From assembly GCA_030019335.1 (NCBI GenBank), contig JASEET010000005.1, positions 25,962-89,961 on the forward strand: a stretch of DNA of 64,000 bases, in the 5' to 3' direction. Made by a program: the position numbers and the translations under genes. Shown piece after piece: positions 55,833 to 64,000 of the stretch. How positions within the stretch are numbered: position 1 is the first letter of the stretch; the number at the start of each line of letters is the position of its first letter. The DNA is from Candidatus Bathyarchaeia archaeon. Its GTDB lineage: Archaea; Thermoproteota; Bathyarchaeia; Bathyarchaeales; Bathycorpusculaceae. Below the pieces are notes generated by a model. It was given only the letters and a program-made list of their open reading frames with translations. It searched no databases and had not been told where the DNA came from.

Positions 55833-58196
55833 CTAAATTTGCAGTTTCTGTTTTATGCCATTGCGTTTCTCTTCAGCCAACGGTCCAAACTTCTTAATTC
55901 TGTCCGTAAACATTCCGAACAGTTCTGCAGCCTTCTTATACACCGGCAACGGCACATAACTATAACGAACCCGCATGCTCTCAATGCCATACTGAGCCAG
56001 CTCTCGTCCCATATCAATCATCCGCTTCTTCATAAACTTCTCATCAATCTCTTCACTGCCCTCAATCACCAAAACCCCATCAGCACCAAAAGCAAACGCA
56101 CTAAGCAAATGTTTAAGGCTTAATATAGCCGTAGACGGAACAGCCACAATCCGAATACTCTCAGGATAATTCGTGCGATCCAAACCCAAAAAGTCCATAC
56201 CCGTATACCCAATATTCTTATCCACAAACGCAACAATCCTAACCTCTCCAGCCTGCTTATCCGCCAACACACCACGCACATGAGCAAACAACTGTTTAGC
56301 CGTTGAATTCTTGAAGTCAATAGCCTCCTGCGGACAGATAGGAATGCACGCGCCACAGCCAATACACTGAAACGGATCAATCTTCGCCTTACCTTCCTGC
56401 ATCGTTATAGCTTTCACCGGACAAATCGGAACGCATTCGCCACAACCGTTGCACAAGTCTGCAATCACAAAGGCTTTTTCAGGACTTGTCGTAACATATT
56501 CGCTTTTGAGGAATAGCGAAGCCTTAGCTGCAGCTCCTAAAGCATCAGAAACCGTGTCACGAACATCCTTTGGGCTTAGGGCGCAGCCGCAAGCAAAAAT
56601 TCCAGTGACCAGCGAATCCACTGGGTCAAGCTTTGGATGTTTCTCCGTTATGAAACCATCCTCGCCCGTGGCAACTTTCATTTTATCCGTAAGCTCCTTA
56701 ATCCCTGTAGGCGGAACCATAGCCGTAGCTAAGGCAACCATGTCAAACTCATCCTCCCTAACTTCGCCTGTCAGCGTGTCTTCAGCCAAAACCACAAGTT
56801 TGCCATTTTTGTTCTTCCAGACTTCAGCTACTTTTCCCCGCACAAAAACAACTCCGGCTTCTTGGTCTCGCCAGTAAAGGTCTTCGTAGCCTTTGCCAGT
56901 CGCCCTTATATCCGTATAATAGATTGAAACGTCTATTCCAAGCATTTTCTTAAGCACAAAAGCTTGCTTCAAAGCGTACATACAGCATATGCGGCTACAA
57001 TATGAAATATGTTTCTTTTCTCTTGAACCAGCACAAAGCACAATAGCCATTTTTCTAACGTCGCTACCATCCGACCTCTTCACATAGCCGCCAGTTGGTC
57101 CAGCAGCAGAAGTAAGCCTCTCCAAATCCATCATTGTAATGACATCTTGGTAAACGCCATACCCATAATTCTCAAGCTTTTTGGCATCGTAAAGCTCGTA
57201 TCCAATAGCCAAAATTATGGCGCCCACGTTTAGCTCAACAATTTTCCCCTTATCCTCTAATGCTACGGCTTTAGCTGGGCAGAGTTGCTCGCACTTTCCA
57301 CATTTCGTGCAAGCGTCAAAATCTATCGCGTAAGCAGAAGGCACAGCCTGCGGAAACTCTATGTAAGCGGCTTTTCTCTGCGACAAGCCTTCATTAAACT
57401 CGTCTGGAACAGTTACTGGACACACTTTCGCGCATACACCACAGCTTTTGCATTTCTCAACATCCACACCTCTAGGTTTCATGAAAACCTTCACAGCATA
57501 ATTGCCTGGACGCCCACTAACATCCTGTACCTCACTATAAGTAAGCAAATTCACGTTTGGGTTTCTCCCCACTTCAGCCATTCTGGGAGTTAGTATGCAT
57601 TGGGCACAGTCAAGGGTTGGAAAAACCTTGGTTAGTTTCGCCATGTTGCCTCCTATGCTTGGTTTTCGCTCTACAATATGAACTTTAAAACCTAAGTAGC
57701 CGAGTTCGAGGGCTGCTGTGATTCCAGCTATGCCTCCGCCTATAATGAGGATTTCCCTCGAGCCTTTTTCGCTTATAGTTTCTAATGGCTCAAGTTCTCG
57801 GCTTCGCTCATAACCGCCTCTAATTAGGCTTATGGCTTTATTTGTGGCTTCTGCAGAGGGTTTTGGACCGTGAACCCATGAATCCTGTTCTCTAATGTTT
57901 ACAAACTCAAGCATGTAAGGGTTCAAGCCAGCACCTTCTAAAACGCTTTGAAAAGTTGAGAGGTGCATTCTGGGCGTGCAGCTGGCCACTACGACGCTGT
58001 CCAAATCATTCTTCTTTATTGCTTCAATCATCATTTCCTGAGCTGGTTTCGCGCATAAGTACTTATTGTATTTGGCTACAGCAACCCCTTCCCAGTCTTT
58101 AACAGCTTCAACAACAGCCTTAACGTCCACAACATCGCCTATGTTTCCGCCGCACTCGCAAACAAAAATGCCGATTCTCGGCGGCTTTTTCTTCAC
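55833..58196 (-). CDS. hdrA: HdrA-like flavo-FeS protein fused to a C-terminal MvhD/FlpD-like domain
   Basis: IGIFVCECGGNIG N-terminus, GGGIAGITAALELG, several CxxCxxCxxxCP motifs. The C-terminal IVAFVD...IRIVAVPSTA...ADGVLVIEGS is an MvhD-type domain. Confidence 0.88.
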   Translation of the reverse strand: MKKKPPRIGIFVCECGGNIGDVVDVKAVVEAVKDWEGVAVAKYNKYLCAKPAQEMMIEAIKKNDLDSVVVASCTPRMHLSTFQSVLEGAGLNPYMLEFVNIREQDSWVHGPKPSAEATNKAISLIRGGYERSRELEPLETISEKGSREILIIGGGIAGITAALELGYLGFKVHIVERKPSIGGNMAKLTKVFPTLDCAQCILTPRMAEVGRNPNVNLLTYSEVQDVSGRPGNYAVKVFMKPRGVDVEKCKSCGVCAKVCPVTVPDEFNEGLSQRKAAYIEFPQAVPSAYAIDFDACTKCGKCEQLCPAKAVALEDKGKIVELNVGAIILAIGYELYDAKKLENYGYGVYQDVITMMDLERLTSAAGPTGGYVKRSDGSDVRKMAIVLCAGSREKKHISYCSRICCMYALKQAFVLKKMLGIDVSIYYTDIRATGKGYEDLYWRDQEAGVVFVRGKVAEVWKNKNGKLVVLAEDTLTGEVREDEFDMVALATAMVPPTGIKELTDKMKVATGEDGFITEKHPKLDPVDSLVTGIFACGCALSPKDVRDTVSDALGAAAKASLFLKSEYVTTSPEKAFVIADLCNGCGECVPICPVKAITMQEGKAKIDPFQCIGCGACIPICPQEAIDFKNSTAKQLFAHVRGVLADKQAGEVRIVAFVDKNIGYTGMDFLGLDRTNYPESIRIVAVPSTAILSLKHLLSAFAFGADGVLVIEGSEEIDEKFMKKRMIDMGRELAQYGIESMRVRYSYVPLPVYKKAAELFGMFTDRIKKFGPLAEEKRNGIKQKLQI

Positions 58197-58286
58197 TGGC
58201 AGCGATCTCCGATTTCATTGATTTGTTTTGATTCATACTGAGAAAAACGCTTAAAAAATCTTATGTTTCCATTTAAGGCAAATGTG

Positions 58287-59405
58287 ATGGAGCAAATGAA
58301 CGCCCAAGAGCTTATTCAAAAACATAAATTGCTTGAATGTATCCAGTGTGGAATGTGTACTGGAAGCTGCCCGGTTTCCAGAAAAGCCAGCTTGAACGTT
58401 AGAAAGTATATGCGTGAAGTTGCCATCACAGGCAAGTTAATTATGCACCCGCAAAACGAGTTGTGGAGCTGCACAACATGTTCAACATGCGGCATCCGCT
58501 GCCCAAAAGAATTAAACCCATATGAATTCCTAATCGACATCCGCAGCTTGGCGATTGAAGGGGGCCAGATTGCACCTACCATCCGAGACGCTTTGGAAAG
58601 CATTTTCAAAAATGGTAATCCTTGGGGGAGAATAAGGAGCAAGAGGTCTGAGTGGGCTCAAGGCTTAAACATTAAGCACATTTCACAAGGAGCGGAAATC
58701 TTATACTTTGTTGGTTGCACACCAGCCTACGACCCAAGATTTCAAGATGTAGCCAAGAGCCTTGTGAAATGTTTTGAAAAAGCTGGAGTAAATTTTGGAA
58801 CTTTTGGTGATGAAGAAAGCTGTTGTGGAAGCGAAGTTTATGGCATGGGCGAGAAAGGCTTATTCGAATTTCTTGTCGAAGAGAACATGAAAATCTTCAA
58901 CAAATACAACATAAGACAGACCGTGACAAACTGCCCGCATGGTTTTCATGCTTTCAAAAACCGTTACAACCAGACCAGCTTTGAAGTGCAGCATCACACG
59001 CAGTTGCTTGCAAAACTAATTGATGAGAAGAAATTAACTTTCTCGAAAGAGGTGAAAAAGAAAGTTATTTATCATGACCCTTGCTTCCTTGGAAAACAAA
59101 ACAACATCTACGAAGAACCCAGAAAAGTCATTGAAAGCATACCCGGCGTAACTTTGTTGGAGTTTGACCGCTCAAGGGCACGGAGCTTATGCTGTGAAGG
59201 CGGAGGCGGAAGAATGTGGGTTGACATTCCAGGACCACGATTGGCGGAAATCCGCGTTAAGGAGGCTGTCAACGTCGGCGCAGACGTCCTGGCAGTGGCA
59301 TGTCCCTTCTGCATGTTAACCATGGAAGATGCTGTTAAAACCACAGGGAACGAGGGCAAAATCCAAGTAATGGATGTAGCCGAACTCCTAGCCCTATCCC
59401 TATGA
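58287..59405 (+). CDS. hdrD: HdrD-like (HdrC+HdrB fusion; GlpC/LutA-type) FeS/CCG-domain protein
   Basis: CIQCGMCTGSCP and CTTCSTCGIRCP followed by two CCG domains (SCCGSE, SLCCEGGGG...CPFC). ATG 58287 is preferred because a TATA-like GCTTAAAAAATC lies at 58248-58259. Confidence 0.85.
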   Translation: MEQMNAQELIQKHKLLECIQCGMCTGSCPVSRKASLNVRKYMREVAITGKLIMHPQNELWSCTTCSTCGIRCPKELNPYEFLIDIRSLAIEGGQIAPTIRDALESIFKNGNPWGRIRSKRSEWAQGLNIKHISQGAEILYFVGCTPAYDPRFQDVAKSLVKCFEKAGVNFGTFGDEESCCGSEVYGMGEKGLFEFLVEENMKIFNKYNIRQTVTNCPHGFHAFKNRYNQTSFEVQHHTQLLAKLIDEKKLTFSKEVKKKVIYHDPCFLGKQNNIYEEPRKVIESIPGVTLLEFDRSRARSLCCEGGGGRMWVDIPGPRLAEIRVKEAVNVGADVLAVACPFCMLTMEDAVKTTGNEGKIQVMDVAELLALSL

Positions 59406-59544
59406 AAGCACACAAAACGCGAACGTCAATTTTAGCAGAGTTTCAATTGCCTAAATTGGATACCCTCTCTAGGATTTTTAGAGCTAATACTGATTTAAAA
59501 GACATAAAATCAAAATTTAAGCAGAACAGCATTAATCTGAGAAC

Positions 59545-59700
59545 ATGGGTAAAAGTGGAGAGAAAAAGAAATACCGCTGCGAAATTTGTGGCGAAGAGCT
59601 TGACGAAGACGAAGTCTACGAATTGGATGGCATGATTCTCTGCTGGGACTGCTACAACGAAGAAGAAGACTTACGCGCCATAGAAGAAGAATGGATATAG
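59545..59700 (+). CDS. 51-aa acidic 4-Cys (rubredoxin/Zn-ribbon-knuckle) mini-protein
   Basis: Own translation: MGKSGEKKKYRCEICGEELDEDEVYELDGMILCWDCYNEEEDLRAIEEEWI. Confidence 0.55.
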   Translation: MGKSGEKKKYRCEICGEELDEDEVYELDGMILCWDCYNEEEDLRAIEEEWI

Positions 59701-59702
59701 TG

Positions 59703-59849
59703 ATGTGGATGAGTGAAAAGGATTTTTATGAGTGTATGCGGTGCGGCCAGAGAATATCAAGGGAAGAGTATGAAACTTATGACGGTTTATGCGAGGAATG
59801 TTATATAATCGAGATAGACGAACTGGATTACGAATTAGACGAAGAATAA
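59703..59849 (+). CDS. 48-aa acidic 4-Cys mini-protein, paralog of the preceding ORF
   Basis: Own translation: MWMSEKDFYECMRCGQRISREEYETYDGLCEECYIIEIDELDYELDEE. It starts 2 nt after the previous stop. Confidence 0.55.
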   Translation: MWMSEKDFYECMRCGQRISREEYETYDGLCEECYIIEIDELDYELDEE

Positions 59850-59864
59850 TTCCTGCACTATTTC

Positions 59865-59878
59865 ACATATAAATACCA
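59865..59878 (+). promoter_or_regulatory. TATA-box-like element for trxB (near-leaderless)
   Basis: CACATATAAATACC about 25 nt upstream of ATG 59900. Confidence 0.4.
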
Positions 59879-59899
59879 AACGCCAACTATTATTTTGGG

Positions 59900-60844
59900 A
59901 TGAAAACTATGGAGAATTGGGACCTAATAATTATAGGCGCAGGACCCGCCGGTTTAGCCGCTGGAATATATGGCGCCAGAAGCGGATTAAAAACGCTGAT
60001 TTTAGAGGAGAAAATTGTTGGAGGCACAACAGTTAATGCGCCATTAATCGAGAATTATCCGGGTTTTCAAAGCATCAATGGAATGGAACTAGCGCAAAGA
60101 ATGGCAGCTCAATGCAGAAAGGCGGGCGCCACAATTCACGAATTTGAAAAAGTCATGGGCATGAACCTAAAAGGCGACGCAAAAATTGTGAAAACAAACA
60201 AAGCCACTTATGAGGCGAAAGCTGTTATAATCGCTTCTGGCTCGCATTATCGTGAACTCGGCGTTCCAGGAGAGAAGGAATTTCAAGGTAAAGGCGTAAG
60301 CTACTGCAGCACTTGCGATGGACCACTGTTTAAGGGTAAAAATGTGCTTGTTGTTGGCGGCGGAAACTCTGCTGTTGTAACAGCCCTATATTTGACAGAA
60401 ATAGCCTCACAAGTTAAAATTGCCCACCGCAGAGAAGAGTTTAGGGCTGAAAAGGCGCTTGTTGACGTTTTGAAGACGACGGAAAATGTTGAAATTTTAT
60501 TGAATACGGAAATTAAAGAGATTAAAGGCGAAAAATTAGTTAACAAAGCAATAATATTCAACAACAAGACAGGCGAAACCGGAGAATTGCCCATTGAAGG
60601 CGTTTTCGTCCAAGTTGGGGAAGACCCAAACAGCCAACTAGCAAAAGAGGCTGGGGTAGCTGTTGACGAAGAAGGCTACATTATCGTTGATGTTCGTCAA
60701 AGAACAAACATCGTGGGTGTTTACGCTGCTGGCGACGTTACAAATCATCCAGTTAAACAGGTGGGAACAGCCGTTGGACAAGGCATAACAGCAGCCTTAG
60801 AAGCTTATGGTTATATTCGAAGACCTTATTATTATAAAAGGTAG
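59900..60844 (+). CDS. trxB: thioredoxin-disulfide reductase-like flavoprotein
   Basis: [15 protein letters not shown], redox-active CSTCDG, GGGNSA and GDV motifs. Confidence 0.88.
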   Translation: MKTMENWDLIIIGAGPAGLAAGIYGARSGLKTLILEEKIVGGTTVNAPLIENYPGFQSINGMELAQRMAAQCRKAGATIHEFEKVMGMNLKGDAKIVKTNKATYEAKAVIIASGSHYRELGVPGEKEFQGKGVSYCSTCDGPLFKGKNVLVVGGGNSAVVTALYLTEIASQVKIAHRREEFRAEKALVDVLKTTENVEILLNTEIKEIKGEKLVNKAIIFNNKTGETGELPIEGVFVQVGEDPNSQLAKEAGVAVDEEGYIIVDVRQRTNIVGVYAAGDVTNHPVKQVGTAVGQGITAALEAYGYIRRPYYYKR

Positions 60845-60959
60845 GAATCAGCCCAAAATAATTATATTTTCGGAGAACTCATTTTTAGAGTTCTATGCTA
60901 TAAGTGTGCCATAAATAATGGAGCAAGGCGGTTAACTTTCAAGTGTTGGAGAGATATGA

Positions 60960-62160
60960 ATGAGTGAGGCTTGTGCCGCTGCGGTGACAATTAACCAAGA
61001 TTACTGTAGCAGATGTTCAATCTGTTATTCCGTTTGTCCTTATGAAGCCGTAAAACGTGATTCTGAAACTGGAAAAGTGGAAATAGACATCCAAAAATGC
61101 CAAGTTTGTGGAATATGCTATAGCGCATGTCCATCTGTGGCAATAGAAATCGTTTATTATAACTATGAAAGTTTGATGGATTATGTTAATTGTATGCGGG
61201 AAAAGGAGAAAGGCGAAACGCTTGTTCTCATGTGTAGGGGTAACTCGCCAGCCACATGTGAAATTGAAGAAATCCTTCAAGAGCAAGGTTTAAAAATGAG
61301 CAATTACATCCCGCTGCGGTTGCCATGTTCTGGCAGGGTTCCAACAGAATTCATTTTTCAAGCATTAAAATCAGGAATAAAAAACGTTGTCTCTATCCAA
61401 TGCGAAGACCACTTTTGCAGATTTAAACAAGGAACAAAAATAAACGCTAGAAGACTGTCTCTTGGCAGAGCGGTTCTTGAGCAATTAGGCTTTGGCAAAG
61501 ACGCCTTAAAAGTTGTAAAATATTCAAGAAAAGCCATCTACGAAACAGACAAGTGCGTAGGCTGCGACAAATGCGTTTTCATCTGTCCATACGGTGCAAT
61601 AGAAGCAGAAGCCTTTGCAACTCCAAAAATAAATTTAGACGCGTGTGTTGGTTGTGGAGCGTGTGCTTTGGTTTGTCCACACTTGGCAATTCAGGTTAAG
61701 GGTTTTGAATTTGAAAACATAAGCAAGTTGATAAGGCTTTACGGCGAATCAGCCCAAAAACTGAAGAGGGAAGGCGCCTCACCAGCAATTCTCGTTTTCT
61801 GTTGTCAATGGTCAGAGTTCTCAGCCCTAGACGACCCAGAATGCCTATTATTCAAGAAAAGGGCTTTTGCCTTAGAAATTCCATGTTTCAAAGCCTTAGA
61901 CCCAGTTCATGTTGTCCAAGCCCTACATAGTGGTTTTGACGGAGTTATGGCTGTGGTATGCGCTGCGGAAGATTGTAAACTTGAGGAGGGAAGAGAAACA
62001 GCTGAAAGAAACGCCAGCGTCTTAAGGAATGCCTTAAAGAAAATGAATCTGCTTGACCGTTTCGAGCTTTTCACAGTTTCACCCAGATGTGTTGGAGAAT
62101 TTAACCAGAAACTTGAAGAATTTTATAGGAAAATTGCTGCAATGGCGGAGGCTAAAGGAA

Positions 62161-62168
<8 letters not shown>
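60960..62168 (+). CDS. polyferredoxin with two MvhD/FlpD-like domains (Fd-MvhD-Fd-MvhD)
   Basis: CSRCSICYSVCP, CQVCGICYSACP, CVGCDKCVFICP and CVGCGACALVCP. Two MvhD-like blocks are present (LVLMCRGN...LPCSGRV...SIQCEDHFC and ILVFCCQWS...IPCFKAL...VVCAAEDC). Confidence 0.75.

Positions 62169-64000
<1,832 letters not shown>

Overview
This is an archaeal chromosomal window. Markers include a thermosome, RpoK, eS26, archaemetzincin, and a long spc/S10-type ribosomal operon containing eL34, eL19, eL32, eS4, Rpp29, SecY, archaeal Adk and Cmk. Gene content looks TACK/Bathyarchaeia-like, but that needs a database search. I found no rRNA, tRNA or CRISPR array.

The core content falls into four groups:
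- Two paralogous redox modules combine acyl-CoA dehydrogenase, EtfAB and Hdr-like proteins (4966-11241 and 52565-59405). The second continues into two tiny 4-Cys proteins, TrxR, a double-MvhD polyferredoxin and NfnAB-like genes.
- Amino-acid and nucleotide genes include TrpB2 with a ParB-like putative serine kinase, ThrC, PyrC and PyrF.
- There are three tandem CBS-domain genes.
- A 13-kb ribosomal protein operon starts abruptly at uL22.

The accessory stretches hold the unusual material:
- 21.0-25.9 kb: an orphan 251-aa gene flanked by inverted purine-rich 18-nt-periodic micro-ORFs (one encodes MRFEEEEWEEEEEWEEEEEEEW), and a RiPP-like cassette. The cassette pairs a 154-aa protein ending in a (Cys-X)n core with a PqqD/RRE-radical SAM-SPASM enzyme.
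- 27.7-28.7 kb: a split Zn-ribbon/PH-like gene.
- 31.7-33.4 kb: a pair of broken nucleotidyltransferase genes with a palindromic operator.

Several accessory genes, and possibly the uL24 tail, are interrupted by 1-nt shifts inside homopolymer runs. 'Pseudogene' calls may therefore be assembly artefacts.
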